A DNA stretch of 64,000 nucleotides, from NCBI RefSeq assembly GCF_009914755.1, contig NC_060925.1. The stretch is one strand, 5' to 3'. The position numbers and the translations under genes are program-made. How positions within the stretch are numbered: the first letter of the stretch is position 1; the number at the start of each line of letters is the position of its first letter. The notes below the pieces were generated by a model. The model searched no databases and had not been told where the DNA came from. It was given only the letters and a program-made list of their open reading frames with translations. The DNA comes from the human T2T-CHM13v2.0 reference genome, Homo sapiens. This document shows, in pieces, positions 30,955 through 45,563 of the stretch.

Positions 30955-31899
30955 CTGAAAATGAAAGAAATCTATTTAAGTTTGTGGCACATGGTTAATA
31001 AGAGAGTTTGAATGAGTTAGAGATGAACACTCTATCAAGACAATATGAGTCTTACATATTTTTTCCAAAATAATATTCTCAGTTACCTATGTGGAGGAGT
31101 TAAACATTTGCACAGTATTAAAGGTGTATATTGAATTTAAAAGTTCAAATTTTTTACTCATTTAAATCAACATGAACAGCTACAAAACACAAAAAAAACA
31201 CTTGCTGAGTAACTTCTTTTTAAGTGCTGTGCATGAACAAGTACTTTCTGGGTCAAAAGACTATCACAATTTCAATAGGCAGACATTGGAAAATTAACCT
31301 CAGAAAAGTGACACTAATTTACACACCAACCAGATGTAAGTGTGCCCTGAATCCCAAGGATTTTGCCAACTCACTCAATCTGCTTTTCAGTTACACTCAA
31401 CCCAGTGAGAGCATATGATATTAGATGCCTTAGATGCTCTCCATATCTGATCAACTAATAAAGCATAAAATCCATTCTGTCAAATGAAGGCTGAATGCTT
31501 TTAAGTTAAAAAGTGCCATTTTCCCCACCTGCTCCCGGATTTTCTTTCTATAGTCCGAACCCACAGTCCATGTTTTCTCACTTAGAAGCCTCAGTTCCTG
31601 CATCTATCCTAAAAAATTCCAATTCCAGGAATGTTCCAGCCCTCCATTCTCCTGCTTTTCTGTTCACTGCTGAAACACATCCACCAACTCTGTGCCTTGA
31701 CGCCATCCTGACTTTAAGCTACAGTCGGCCCCAAGCACAGCATGCAATCCTTTCTCTGCCACCCAGTCCTTCACCCACATCTCTTAGGCAGTGGTTTGCA
31801 GACAGGTGCCCACCAGAGTCACTTTTTGGTCATCGTCTCATCTGACCTTCTTCCACACCTGGGACTGCTGGCCTCTCTTCCCTGGGTTCCAAGGCTCTT

Positions 31900-32206
31900 T
31901 TATTGTTTTGTTTTGTTTTTGTTTTTTGAGACAGAGTCTCACTCTGTCACCCAGGCTGGAGTGCAGTGGCATTATCTTGGCTCACTGCAACCTCTGCCTC
32001 CTGGGTTCAGGTGATTCTCTTGCCTCACCCTCCTGAGTAGCTGAGATTACAGGTGCCTGCTACCATGCCCAGATAATTTTTGTATTTTTAATAGAGACAG
32101 GGTTTCACCATGTTGGCCAGGCTGGTCCTGAACTCCTGGCTTCAAGATCCGCACACCTCAGACTCCCAAAGTGCCAGGATTACAGGTGTGAGCCACCACA
32201 CCTGGC
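31900..32206 (-). mobile_element. AluS in intron 22
   Basis: Reverse Alu; TSD ccaaggctctttt; absent at the paralogous site near 8850. Confidence 0.92.
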
Positions 32207-32801
32207 CCAAGGCTCTTTTGATTTGCTTTCCCAGGTCCTCCACACATTTATAGAGCATTCTAAGGGACCTGGTTCCTTGCAATTGGACTCTAGGCACCAA
32301 CATATATTCTTAAATTTCTGAGGGAAAAACTTAGAGCATAATGGAGAAGAGCACAGACTCTGAAGCACAGTTGCCTGGGTCCTGGCTCAGCCCTGCCTGC
32401 CACTTCTGCACTGGGCTAGGCAATATCACTGTCCTATGTGTCTTCATCTGCGAAATAAGACTCCTATGTGTATCTATGTTGCTGTGTGATCTAAATGATC
32501 TACTAGGAAAAGTGCTTAAAATTATCTTGTATGTAATAAACACTGGAAAGTGACATTTATTATTATTACTGTTCCTAAGAGCTTCATGGGATAGCCACAA
32601 AGGTTAGGTTTAGTAATCAGAACTGGGTTCAAATGTATTAAGAGAACAACCTTTGGCATTACTTAGTCTCTTTCAGACGGTTAGTTATGGGTTGAATGAG
32701 GATAATGCTATTTACTTTATAGCACAGAACTATTATGAAGATCAAATAGAATCAAACAAATAAGCACAGTGCTTAGCACAGAACAGGCAGGTACCTGGTG
32801 A

Positions 32802-33124
<323 letters not shown>

Positions 33125-33816
33125 TAGACCCTATGATCACTGATACTTGATTACACATTAAATTTAACATATATGGCTGCAATGTAAAAAACTGGAATTT
33201 AGCTATAACAATGTAGAAATGACAATACAAATGGAAGCTTTTCCACCAGCTTAACAACTAGCAATGACAGCAACTAATATTATAAAGAGAAAATAAGTGA
33301 ATAAAATGATCGCAGTCAAGGAAAGAAAAAAGACATACACATCTCTGTGTTTAATAGGTTAAATGTAGGCCACAGGTAAAAAGCATGTCAAAAAAAAAGT
33401 AGGACTCTAAAGTTTTTGAATTTCAGGAGTCTAGCTGACTCTGTATGAGCAGTTAGCTCAATGCACTGAACTACGGAACTGGAAGATACTAACGAATATC
33501 ACATTGCTCAACACATTTCTACCTTGATTTTAGCTGATGGCAAAACTCAAAAACAAAAACAAAATTCAGAAGGAACACAAAAAACATTATAAACTCCAAG
33601 ATGTCTTATTATAAGAAAGACTTTTATGAAGAATGACATTCATTTAAATGCAAGATACACTAAAAGGCAACTTTCTCAATGGCTAGCCAAGATTTGTTAA
33701 CTAATAAAGCTTCATTCTCTGGCTTCCCTCATTGCCCCTCACCTTGGTTTTAATCACGGTTCTACTGGTAAAATTTTAAGCCAGCAAACATATTTTTTTT
33801 TTACATGGCTACTCAC

Positions 33817-33925
33817 CACTGAGACATGCATCACATTTTCCTAACGCATTTTGCTTGCGTTCTGATTCCTCAAATGATGTAGCTCGTTCAAAAATTTTGC
33901 TTTCACTCTCTGAAGTATGGATATC
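33817..33925 (-). CDS. ARHGAP29: ARHGAP29 exon 22 (DIHTSESESKIFERATSFEESERKQNALGKCDACLS)
   Basis: caacag|GAT and AGTG|gtgagt; 109 nt; ends in phase 1. Confidence 0.93.
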
Positions 33926-34056
33926 CTGTTGATGCAAGATAATTTTTAAAATGGAAGAAGTAAAACATAACCTCAAAATAAACAGTTCAAAGATCTTTAA
34001 CTTATTAACATAAATATTACAAAGTTCTAATATAATTCTATAAAGGTCAAACTCAC

Positions 34057-34372
34057 TTCCTTTGAAGAAAAAAATAGTGACTTCATGGAACGTTCAATGT
34101 CTCTTTCTTCTGGTGATAACAGAGGCTTTGGAAAACAGCCTTGATCAACAACACCTATGCTACACATAACATCTTGTGGTTGTAGGGACCCATCGAAGAT
34201 CTTCTGTGAGTAAGTAATGAGAAACTCTACCAAGCGTGCTTGATTTGAATACTCTGCAAGGGAGGAGATGGTGATAGGAGCAGTTGTGGGCCTTGGCCTA
34301 ATGAGACTTGGTCCAAATATCACCCCCAAGTTTTTGGAGTTCATCTTGTTTTCTTCTGCATGATCTACTACC
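34057..34372 (-). CDS. ARHGAP29: ARHGAP29 exon 21, end of RhoGAP (VVDHAEENKMNSKNLGVIFGPSLIRP...FFSSKE)
   Basis: ttgcag|G and GAA|gtgagt; 316 nt; NKM..NL...FGP motif. Confidence 0.96.
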
Positions 34373-35515
34373 CTGCAAAGTAGAACACATAAAGTTGTAT
34401 GAGATTTTCCTATTAGAGTTCCTTGACTGTAGTTTACTATGGAATAGAGAGGGTGGAGGGAAAATGAGCTGCACAAAAATACTAGGGGGAAAAAGTCTAG
34501 GAAAAGGTTATATTTATTTGATTAAAATATTGACCACATGCCAAATAGAGTTTCACAGTTTCACAGTATTGGAATAAATTTCAAGTTAAGTAGAAGGAAC
34601 TACTATAGTTTTACCAGCAGAAAGAAAAAATACCCCTAAAAACTGCTCCCATCTCAGTATATGGTATATCCTCCCAAGTCCTTATACTGGGAACTTAAAC
34701 ATCGTCAGGTGTCTCACTACCCATCTCCAAGTCTAGATGATTCTCCCTTCTGAAGATCTCAGTTCCAACACCATTCCCACTCCTCTGGCCTCACTTCAAG
34801 CTCTTACCACCTTTTATTTCTATGATTATTCAAGGAGATCTGAATTGTAATAAAGGCCTCCTCTCCAACTTAGTTTCCATATTGCTGCCAGAAATATCTA
34901 AAAGGCAAATCTGAGCCTGTCAAATTCCTAGCTCAAAATTCTTTAGTGGGTACTGAAGGAAGATGGTCAGCGCATGCAAGACTGCCAGGCATGCAAGACT
35001 TTATCAGGCCTCTACCTGGCTCAGTTTCTGCTACTGCTTGCTGTATTGCAGCCTAACCAATTCACTTATATTTCTCAGATGCACAATGAGCTCATGTCTC
35101 CATGTCTGTGACTTTGTGCCTGGAATGCTCTTCTGTGTAATTTTGCCCACCAAGATACAACTTGGTTCTGTAAGTCTGATTCAAGGGCTATCTCCTCTGA
35201 TTTATGCCTGCACCACACAATCTTCCTCTGCATGCTGTGCATAGCTGTTAGAACAATGATGCTGTACTCTATTTGTCTGCAGATCTGTCCCCACAGCTGA
35301 TGAGACCAACAGATGGCTGAAACCCTATGTTTTCATCCTTGTTTAGCCAGCCAGAGCCTGGCACACAGGAGGCATCTGAGGGAACTATGTTGGCTGCATG
35401 TACATATATCTTCAATGTCTCCCTTTCCCTTACACAGATTGGAAATGAAATGTTCATTTTAAAAGTAACACTGCAACAATATGAACACACTTAACACTTA
35501 AGAATGGCTAAGAAG

Positions 35516-35819
35516 TGCCAGGCGCGGTGGCTCACGCCTGTAATCCCAGCACTTTGGGAGGCTGAGGTGGGCGGATCATGAGGTCAGGAGTTCGAGACCA
35601 GTCTGGCCAATATGTTGAAACCCCATCTCTACTAAAAATACAAAAATTAGCTGGGCATGGTGGCATGCACCTGTACTCCCAGCTACTTGGGAGGCTGAGG
35701 CAGAAGAATTGCTTGAACCCAGGAGGCGAGGCTGCAGAGAGCCGAGATTGTGCTGCTGCACCCCAGCCTGGGTGACAGAGCGAGACTCTGTCTCAAAAAA
35801 AAAAAAAAAAAAAAAAAAA
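35516..35819 (+). mobile_element. AluS element
   Basis: Alu consensus; TSD aagaatggctaagaa. Confidence 0.93.
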
Positions 35820-35925
35820 GAATGGCTAAGAAAGTAAATTTTGTTATGTGGATTTTACCACAATTAAAAACAAAAAACAAATCAATTGCCCATTAATAAA
35901 TGTTCTAGTTATATAAAATTCTTAC

Positions 35926-36158
35926 CGCTTTAGATGTACTATAAGGAAATGAAGACTGTTAAAATTTGATGCTGGCAATTGTCTTAGAAGGTCTTTGCTT
36001 TTTAGAAGAATTCGGTTTATTTCTATACACATATTTGGCCATTTTTTGTCTTCAAGACTATTCTTTTTTGTCTCTTGTTCTTCATTTACATGTTGGATCT
36101 CTTTTGCAAGGTCTATAAATTCCTTGTACAATCGAAATAAAATAAATGGTTCTGGGAG
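35926..36158 (-). CDS. ARHGAP29: ARHGAP29 exon 20, RhoGAP (LPEPFILFRLYKEFIDLAKE...LHFLIVHLKR)
   Basis: ctttag|CTC and GCG|gtaaga; 233 nt; LPEP motif; ORF 35922..36131. Confidence 0.96.
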
Positions 36159-37980
36159 CTAAAGAAATAAAATTACATTGGGGTAAGCATTCTATTTTTT
36201 TCTGTTAATAATCAACTATTACTAACAGTTACAGAGTGATTTAGCATGTCCCTTTACATTAAGAATATTTAAAGTCAATCCACATTTAGTAATGTAAATG
36301 TTTGCTACAGATGTGGTCTATAAAGTAAACCTAGAATCATCATCATAAATTGTTATCTGTATTAAAAACAACTTAACTGATAATCAGTAAAACTAAACCT
36401 AAAGCTGCATGATGGAATTTTACAAGTCTGGTATATATCCTATAGCAATCACATTCACGACTCCCCCAAAGTTAGTATGATCTTCAACTCTTTTATTGAA
36501 ATAAAACCCAGGATAATGCACAAAATAAGTCAAATTAGTTAAAAAGGTGAATAAACTGAATTTTCTTGATATGAGAGAAACAGCAAGAAGACACTGTTAA
36601 CATTTTATTTATCTAATTTTTTAATACACCTTGAATTGCCATAAATAGGTCAAAAGAAAAAGTACCTTCTCAAACTAACAAAGGGCATGCCATTTTGATC
36701 TGCCCAGTGTCATAATGAATTTCAATGTTTCCGCTTGCTCTGTGATGAAACACAGGGTACCTCTGACTACTACCTGATGTCCTATTTTATCTGTGGTGAG
36801 TCAGAAGGTAGGTGCCCCTTTCTCTGGTTTCCTCTGCTGGTCCTAGAGAGGGGTAGCCTTGAGATCAATTTCTACCTACACCACTCTGGGATCTGAAGGA
36901 AGTCACTTAACCTCTTGGAGCTGCAGATTTCCTGCACAATAAATGAGTAGCATGAAGTCTACTCTCTAACATTGTTTTAAGAATGGAACATGGTTTCCCA
37001 CATGAAAGTCTCGGTCACATAATATTCCTGAGACAGAATGAGAGCTGATAGTATTGGACCCTATTCATTTCCTCTCCTTGCCTGGCTAGAAGAAATAAAG
37101 GATGATTCATTATGAGATTTATAGTCATTCAAAGGTATTTGGCCTCCATTTTTCAGCTAAGAGTCCTGTAAAATGTGATTAAAGATATACCAGTAGTTTC
37201 CTGGGCTAACATGGTAAATCCAACAATTATACCCAATTTCTTTTCCTGCAATCCCACTAAAATACAGTAAGCCCACAGGACTGAGAGAATAGGAGAGGAG
37301 ACAAAAGCATTACTTCATAAGCTGAAGAGTTGAAGAGCAAATGAACAAGTACTGACTTAGCAGCTCTGATAAAGCTGAAATCTCAAACTGTGAACCAACA
37401 TGACTGACAGAATCCTAAGGAGACTCAGGGACTGTCAGCACTAGGTCTTCTGATTCTGCTGGAGCTATCTGAGAAGGCTTAGATCTGTAGATCCCTGTTG
37501 CCACTTCACGCTTCTGAGCAGCCTCTTCCCGAGAAGTCTCAAGGTTTCTTCTCCGGGCAGTATAAAACAGAGAGTCTCTGGATGGGCAATGTCAAACACA
37601 AAGGACAGACGGGCAACTATCTGAAAATGGGGATTTAGTGGACTACACATGCCATTCTAAATGTAGAGATCCTGTGGCCTTCTTAGCCTACTTGGCTCTT
37701 ACAGGACTGGTACCACACTCTAGGCAAGGAAAGACCCTTCTCTGGAGTATCAAACTACCCCAAGAACAGAAACCTATAGAGATAGAGGCATCAAGTGTTT
37801 CCCGAACAGCCCACCTAGATCACCCTACTATAAAGCTCAAGGTCTTCGAAGACTTCTTGTGTTCAAGAGCTTCAAAAGAGATTCAGTTTTCAACTCTTTC
37901 ATTTTAAGCAGACAGTCATGGAGACGGAAATCAAAATGAGTAGAAAACAACAACAACAACAACAACATAAAGGTTTAGGA

Positions 37981-38278
37981 CTGTGCTATTAATATGGTGG
38001 CCACAAGCCACATGTGGCTACTGAGCACTGGAAATGTGGCTGGTCTAAACTGAGATGTACTTTAAATGAACAAAACATAGCAGATTTCAAAGACTCAGTA
38101 ACAAAAAAAGGTAAAATTATTTCATTAATAATTTAAAAATACTGATTAAATGTTCAAATGATATTTTCAGTTTAAGTAAAATATTAAACTAATTTCACCT
38201 GTTTATATTTCTTTATGTGGCTACTAGAAAATTTAATACTGTATATGTGGCTCACATTATATTTCTATTGGACAAGGC
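37981..38278. mobile_element. MER33-like hAT MITE
   Basis: ctgtgcta..atatggtggccac...tttctattggacaag termini; AT-rich core. Confidence 0.75.
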
Positions 38279-39012
38279 TAGAGAATAAGCCAAGAATCCT
38301 TAAAAAAAAAATTATAAATATCCTCAGATATGGCAGTCATTAAAAAAGGAAGAAAGCTGCAAAAAGAACAAAAACTACAATTCTGGGGAATTGAAACATG
38401 ATACCAGGAATGAAATAGTTAATAGCAAGGAAGAAAGATAGAGCTGAGGAAATCTCTTAGAAAGTGTTGTAAGAAAACAAAAAAAAAGAAATGAATGATA
38501 GAGAAAAGATAAGGGAACTAGAGAACCTGTCCAGGTTGTCAAGTATCCAAATAAGAGTTCCAGATGGAAAGCACAGAGAAAATAAAGGGGAGGAAATGAG
38601 CAGCAAAATGGGAAGTTCCAAAAACTAAAGGACTAACCAGGATTGGCAGCGCTTATGGAGTGCCCTGAATAGTGGATAAAATACACCCACATCAAAACAC
38701 ATACTTATAAAATTTTAGGATAATGGGAAAAAAAGAAGATTCCACAAGCTTTCAGAGACAAAATCATAGGCCACATACGAGGAGTTAGAAATGAGAAGGA
38801 TTTCAGGCTTCAAAGAGAACAAAAAAAACACCTTTGAATTTCTGAAGAAAAATAATTTTCAGTCCAAAATATTAGAACCGTCCACACTATCAACACTTAT
38901 GACATTTCCATTCAAGAGAGTAGAATATAAAGACATTCGTGGATAAATAAGGTTTTAAATATTTACTCCTATTCTACCTTGCTCAAGTATGGGCATGACC
39001 AAAACAGGAGAA

Positions 39013-39064
39013 TAAAACAAAACAAAACAAAACAAAACAAAACAAAACAAAACAAAACAAAACA
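39013..39064. repeat. (AAAAC)n microsatellite
   Basis: About 10 tandem units. Confidence 0.95.
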
Positions 39065-39154
39065 GGGAAGACATGACAGGCATTTCCTCATAAAAGAGGA
39101 GAAGGTGGAAAAGAGATACCCCAGGATGGCAGCTAGTTACCATATTTTTAAAAA

Positions 39155-39415
39155 TCCAGTACAAAATTATAGCTAGATAAGGAGGAGTAAGTTCTGGTGT
39201 TTTATACCACTGTAAGATGACTGTAGTTAACAATAATATATTACATACTTTCAAATAACTAAAAGGAGGGTAATGAATGTTCCCAACACAAAGAAATGAT
39301 GCTTGAGATGATGGATGGGCTAATTACCCTGATCTGATCATTATGCATTATATGTATCAAAACATCACTGTGTACTCTATAAATATGTACAGTTATTATA
39401 TGTCAATTAAAAAAA
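39155..39415 (+). mobile_element. L1MA 3' end
   Basis: tgttcccaacacaaagaaatgat...attatatgtcaattaaaaaaa. Confidence 0.75.
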
Positions 39416-40361
39416 ATTTTTTTTTTAAAAAGGATCCTGCTGGAAGCAACAGAACTGCAGAGATTGATATGTTGAGGACTATCATCACTATTCTCTCTGA
39501 CATTATCTCTTCATTTTCACCCGAGGACAGAATAGCAGCTAAGCTTGGCTCAGGTCTTTTTTTGTACGTGTCTCATGACAATGTGCTGATTAAGTTCTTG
39601 CAATCCCTCCATAAGCTGCTGCTTGATGCTACTAGAGCCATTTATTTCATCCCACTGAGTAGGTCTTTGGACCTACTCCTGCAAACTACAGGTTTAACAG
39701 TGAGAAAAAAAAAAGAGCAGTCTACTCCCTGACCATATTCCTGCTAGAATGTGCAGTACCCAGCTTATAGGACAGTCCTTCCAGGTGCTCCAAATGTAGT
39801 ACATTACATGTTCCCAGGACTCATTCATCATCTTGGCCACTAACCTATCACAATGGCTATTTTAAAATATCAACGAAGGCAAAGCCAGCCTATGATCCAG
39901 ACACTGTTTTACTTACTTCATATAACTGTGTGGATACTGGGATTTCCTTACACAGCTAGATTTATGCTTTCAAGTCAATTTTCCAAAGCTTAACAATACA
40001 TTGTTTAGGAATAAATAGCAAGTATTAAAACTATTAAGAGAAGAGAGAGAGTTATGATTATTAAAGACCTCCTTGGTGGAGTTAGGGGGATGTAACTTGG
40101 AAGAGGAACATGGGGGTTTTTTATAAGGTACGGTAATATTCTATTTTCTTAAGGTGGGTGATGGGAGATGAGTTTGTTTTTATTTTTCTTTAAATTGTAC
40201 ATGTATTTCATATACTCTGACCTATGCACTAATCATTAGCAAGATACCTATACCGTCTATGCCAATGAAAAAACATGTGTAGCAAATGTTATCAGCAAAA
40301 TACAAATCATATTTTTGCTGTTTTTAATTTAATGGTGGGTTTCAAGGGTAAAAATTTTTAC

Positions 40362-40499
40362 CTGCCGAAGGTATAATTTCAAGACGTCACAGATATCATG
40401 TGAACTAAATTCTGAAATATCTACCAAGTGCATTCCATTTTCCAAAGCTTGACACAATTTTTCAGTTTTTATTTTGTTTCCACACACACGATAAATTCC
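40362..40499 (-). CDS. ARHGAP29: ARHGAP29 exon 19, RhoGAP arginine finger (GIYRVCGNKIKTEKLCQALENGMHLVDISEFSSHDICDVLKLYLRQ)
   Basis: ttgaag|GGA and CAG|gtaaaa; 138 nt; GIYR and LKLYLR RhoGAP motifs. Confidence 0.96.
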
Positions 40500-40700
40500 C
40501 TTCAATAGAAAAGAAAAAAATTTTGCAAAATTCTTCTTTAGTACAAATGGCTAAATGCAGATATCTACATATACTTGATTTTCAATCTTTTCACTCTATT
40601 TCAAATTTTATTATTATTTTAGAAAAAAACTATTCAAGGCCAAATGAAGTAACATTTCCTATAGAAATCTGAAAAAATTTAGTTATTAAAGACTGTTCAT

Positions 40701-40989
40701 TGGCCAGGTGCCTGGGAGGTGGAGGCGGGAAGATCACCTGAGCCTAGAGTTCAAGACCAGCCTGGGCAACATAAGGAGACCACATCTCTACAGAAAAAAA
40801 TTTTTTTTTTTTTAATTAGCCAGGCGTGGTAGCGCGTGCCTGTGGTCCCAGCTACTCAGGAGGCTGAAGTGGGAGGGTTGCTTGAGCCTGGGAGGTCAAG
40901 GCTGCAGTGAGCAGTGATCATGCCACTGTACTCCAGCCTGGGCAACAGAGTGAGACCGTGTCTCAGAAACAGAACAAAACAAAAAAAAC
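40701..40989 (+). mobile_element. AluJ element
   Basis: Diverged Alu consensus with a 5' deletion. Confidence 0.85.
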
Positions 40990-41082
40990 CCCTGAGCATT
41001 ATTTTCCTTTAAAGTCTCCTTTTCATTAGAATAGGTTACACAGGCATTTATGCTTTTTAAAATTTTAAGAGTTATAATGTAC

Positions 41083-41271
41083 CTGTAGACACAAAGCTCT
41101 ATTTTCAATCTCTGAGGCACATATTTTGAGTATAAAAGGGATACCATCTGGTTCCTTTTTTGCAACTTGTGTGAATTCTGCTCCAAATAAGTGTATTTTT
41201 CCTGGAAGTTTCTGATGACCACAAATAATGACTAAATTTTCCAAACACTTTCGATGACAAACAAGGAGACA
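41083..41271 (-). CDS. ARHGAP29: ARHGAP29 exon 18, end of C1 and start of RhoGAP (CLLVCHRKCLENLVIICGHQKLPGKIHLFGAEFTQVAKKEPDGIPFILKICASEIENRALCLQ)
   Basis: ttgtag|TGT and CAG|gtacat; 189 nt. Confidence 0.95.
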
Positions 41272-41552
41272 CTACAAGAAAATGATAGTTTGAAACTGGT
41301 TAACCTTAAAACTATTCACAACTGGGCAAACTGCAGGTGGAAGGTAACACAACAAAAATGAGTTTAAGAGGTATTACTTGCGCTATTTGAAACAGATTTA
41401 ACAACAAAATAAAATATAAAATTATAGAAGGTGTACTGTAGTACAATTTATTAAACATATATTTGCAAAAGATCCTAAAAAGTAAAATTAAAAACAAAAA
41501 AGTATAAAACAAAAAGCATAAAAGGGTCAACACAATTCCACAAAGATCTTAC

Positions 41553-41692
41553 CTCTTCACATTCAACACCTTGGAACACTACAATGCCTTCACAATCCCT
41601 ACATTTCGTGGGGGATCTCAATTTGCGAAACTTGTGTGTGAGAGCTGCCTTTGACATCAATGTTTTCTTAAATGTTCCAAGGGAATTGGGTC
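41553..41692 (-). CDS. ARHGAP29: ARHGAP29 exon 17, N-terminal half of the C1 (phorbol-ester/DAG-type) zinc finger (HKFRKLRSPTKCRDCEGIVVFQGVECEE)
   Basis: ttgcaag|GA and GAG|gtaaga; 140 nt; C1 His/Cys spacing. Confidence 0.95.
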
Positions 41693-42709
41693 CTTGCAAG
41701 AGAAATAATTTACAAAAATTGTAAAATGATAGAAAAATTATACCATGTGATATCATATTTTGAATAATCTTTAAACCCTGTAATCATTCATATATTATAA
41801 AAAGCTTTGAATCTCTAATATCAAAATAGCTAGTTAGCATCCAATTTATAGGTCTAATTTATAGATCTCTTAAAAGGCACATTTATGAAACATTTTAGCT
41901 ATGAGTAAAAATCGTCACCAAGTCACTGCTATGAATAATAACATGACATAACGTTTTCAGAATCAGCATATTTACACTGTTATTAATATGCTCTTTCATA
42001 GAGCTGGGAAGTGTGTTCATAGGTGGCATTAGAAAAAGCCCCTCTAAACAAAGAAAAATAGCTGTATGAGGTTAGAGTGTGAGCATTATCTGCATTACAG
42101 ATAAAGCTATCCTTAATTCACTATAAAATTATAGTTAATATTAGCTAATTACATATTAATATTATACTGGAGGTCACATATTCCATTAATTTAGGAAATG
42201 ATGCCAAACCAGGTATCTGTAGGCATTAAACACAAAATGAATTTATATGAATCTAATTCAAGTCGTTAAGGTAACTGATTTAACTTTATCCTTCAACATC
42301 CACAACTTCCTTGTCCTCAAGAAGTACACTTACTTAGTTTTCTTGCATTGTTTCTTTTGAAGGAGCTTTTTAGAATTTCTTATGCACCACAACCCTTTTA
42401 ACACTAAGTCACAGTATTAGGTTTATGAAAATGCACAATATCTAGCCTGTTATTTTAGCACCATGCCAATACATTTTACATCCAGTAGTTTTGCTGCCTA
42501 TTCTTATATTTGTATTTGTAACATTTGATTAATACATTATCAACCCATACTTATATATAATTGTTGGGATATATTTAAGTCATGGTGAATTTTTTTTGTT
42601 TAATACACAAAAAAGTATTGATTCTTTAAAATTATACTATTTATCTAATATCATGCAGTGCTACTGATTGAGCTGGTTTAGTGGGACTTAATTCAGGTAA
42701 ATACAATAC

Positions 42710-42808
42710 CAGTTTCTGAAGGGGAAGGTGGCTCTCTTTCATCTAGATCATCTGCAGAGGACATAGTTCCACTGGATGGTGTTCGTGGAAGTTTTCGATG
42801 AAAGTCTC
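42710..42808 (-). CDS. ARHGAP29: ARHGAP29 exon 16 (GDFHRKLPRTPSSGTMSSADDLDEREPPSPSET)
   Basis: ttctag|GA and ACTG|gtattg; 99 nt; ORF 42693..42893. Confidence 0.94.
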
Positions 42809-45047
42809 CTAGAAGAAAATTGTGGATACAATTACCTGACCATTCATTGTAGAATCTTTGAAATAGGAAATGACAACACTTTTGAAATAACACGTCATAC
42901 TATTTTATTAGCTTCAATGTAAAAATTTGCTTCTATTCTCATACTCTGGGTAACAGGGAATTTTGATACTCATTCCTGGGAACAAAAAGAAATTTAACCA
43001 AATCTGACTTTCCCAAACAAATTTAAAACTGAGGCTCATGTAGTCCAATAACACTTTACTGCCAACTTCTGATGGTAAGTATTAGAGATTGTAAACTCCA
43101 CAAGTATAGCTGATATTTTCCATTCATATCTAATACCTAATATGTGACAGAGTAGCTGGCACAACAGTAAAGTTGTCATTAATGTTTGCTGAATTAAGTT
43201 ATAAATGTATACAATTAAACCAAAAGCTTTCTACAACATACAAAAATCTTTGAATATAACAACCCAACAGTAACATCACATTTATGTTACTGGCAAGACT
43301 GCCGACTGGGAACCAGGAACAACAGCCCAGAGATACTGGCAGGGAGCTGAGACCACAGGATACAAGCTATGTCAGCAAAGGACACTGCCATATGTATCAA
43401 AGCATGTTTGGAAGCAGCTCAACTGGGAATGAGGTTTATTTACTCCCTCTGCACAGGCCTATATCTAAGTGGAAGAATTCACCTTAACGTAAGGCCTTAA
43501 ACGTTTCAAATTCAGAGTTAGAAAAGCCTTTATAAATGATTTTAAAGAACATCCTCTTCACCAAAGGATTTTTCTTCACAATATGCTTAAAGGTAGCTAT
43601 CTAGTTTTCACTTTGAATGTGCCCCCAATGACTGATAAATCACAAGGTTGTATTACTCCATTTTATAACTATTCTAATTGTAAAATGCATTTCTTATATT
43701 ACTGAACAGAAATCTGCCTCCCTATAAATCCCAGCCTTGGTCATATTTTTCCCAAATGGAGGAAACAAGCACTCTAACTTTAATCCCTTGTCACTTCCAG
43801 TATTTGAAGACAGCTGACAGGTCTCCAATTTTCCTTTTTCCCAGGCAAGGCATTCCCAGGTTTTCACCCATTTATCAGGTGATGTGGTTTCTAAAATTTT
43901 GCCTTTACCACATGAAGTCTTATGGGATCCTAAATAATTTGGGGCTTGCTCTAGATTGGGTCATAATTTCTGGAGCTACCTAGAACCAGTTTGTTGTTAC
44001 AAAGCTAATTACAAATATTGAGCTCAATATTAGGCTCACATTTCCAGAATGTTCCTTGAACTGTGCTAGTTCTAAAGAAGGCAGCAAAGTGGCAGGTGAT
44101 AATCAGCCTAAGAACCCAGTGCTGCGTGAAAATAGTTTCCTAAATTTAAATATAAGAGATTTATCTAAATGAGTACAACTTCAGCAATATGTAAAAGAAG
44201 AAAAAGGCCTTGGAATCTGAGATGGCTTAAATCCTGTAATCTATTAAGATCCTAGAAGAAAGAAACGTTGCCAGAAAGAATGGGCCTGAAGCAGTCTTTG
44301 GTAGAGGTGTAAAGACAGAATGTTGGATGTAAGAATCTCATGGGTTCAACTGCTACCTTCTTCTCCCGCTAGCTGTATAACCCAGGCAAGTTACTCTCTT
44401 AGAAGCCACTAAGGGAGAATTCAAATCGCTTACTCTATTTCTCTCTGGGGATCATGAGATAATCTATATTAAAGTATCTTAAAGCACATTTGTAAAAAAT
44501 TAACAAGAATAAGTAATTGCAGGCACAGAAATACCAAAATAACATTGTTTACTATAGCAATTAAGTACCAAACAATCCAAAATATGACAATTATATTCAC
44601 AGAATATACAGCAGTGAAAATAAAGGTGGCTACCTACATTCACATAGATCTTAAAAAAAAACACACATAAATGAAATCACAATAGCGTAATTCAATTTGT
44701 ATAACATTCAGAAGAGAGCAAAACTTCACCAGATATAGGTACTAGAAACATTTAAAATAGCTAGAGAATGTTTTTAAAACATTTCAGGATAATGGTTTAT
44801 TCTGGTGGGAGATAGGGCAATGTTACCAAGGAGGTGTACACAGGGCGCTTCTAATATACTGATAATCGTCTATTCTTAGGCTGGGTGGCGAATATATGAG
44901 GGGTTTTTAAAAACTATTTTTTAAATTGTACACTTTCCTCTCTATTATGTGTGAAAGTTCACTATAAAAACAAGGTAGTTAAAAAATACCTAAAAAAGGA
45001 CTGATCTTTCAATGAGTTTTCATTGCCAGACTTAAATATAGATGTAC

Positions 45048-45152
45048 CTGGACTTATAGATTCTGAATCCAGAGATCTAGATTCGCTGCTCCCTCCAGTG
45101 CTCTCAGAATCACTAAACATCCCAAATGTCCATGATCTTATAAAGGAAGGAC
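45048..45152 (-). CDS. ARHGAP29: ARHGAP29 exon 15 (GPSFIRSWTFGMFSDSESTGGSSESRSLDSESISP)
   Basis: attaaag|GT and CCAG|gtacat; 105 nt, phase 1 at both ends. Confidence 0.92.
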
Positions 45153-45426
45153 CTTTAATAAAAAGAATAAAGTCAAAACTTGGCTACAGGTAGATTTCAT
45201 AAGGTAAAATACTGACATTCTATCAAGTGAGACAATTCAAATTTCTTTAACAATAACCAGTTATCAACGTTAAGACAGGCACCATGGTAACAACTGTGAA
45301 TAAGATCTCATAAACTTACAAACTAAGGCCTGATTTTTAAATTCCAGAGCACCAATTAATTTAACAATCACATTCGAACAACCTGACCTTTTATAAATTA
45401 GCACTCTCTTTAGGGTGGAAAACTAC

Positions 45427-45563
45427 CTGTTATATCTGCACTGTTAGAGCATCTGTCCTCTTCAATTTTATTAGAACTGTCAGGAAGGCGTACAACATCC
45501 TCTAAAGAGTTGGCAGGTCCAAATCCTGAAGGTTGGGAACTATTTAAATGTTTATTTACATTT
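45427..45563 (-). CDS. ARHGAP29: ARHGAP29 exon 14 (NVNKHLNSSQPSGFGPANSLEDVVRLPDSSNKIEEDRCSNSADIT)
   Basis: gtttcag|A and CAG|gtagtt; 137 nt; ORF 45410..45601. Confidence 0.93.

Noticed and set aside
30657-30998. 113-aa plus-strand ORF
   Set aside because: Antisense shadow of ARHGAP29 exon 23
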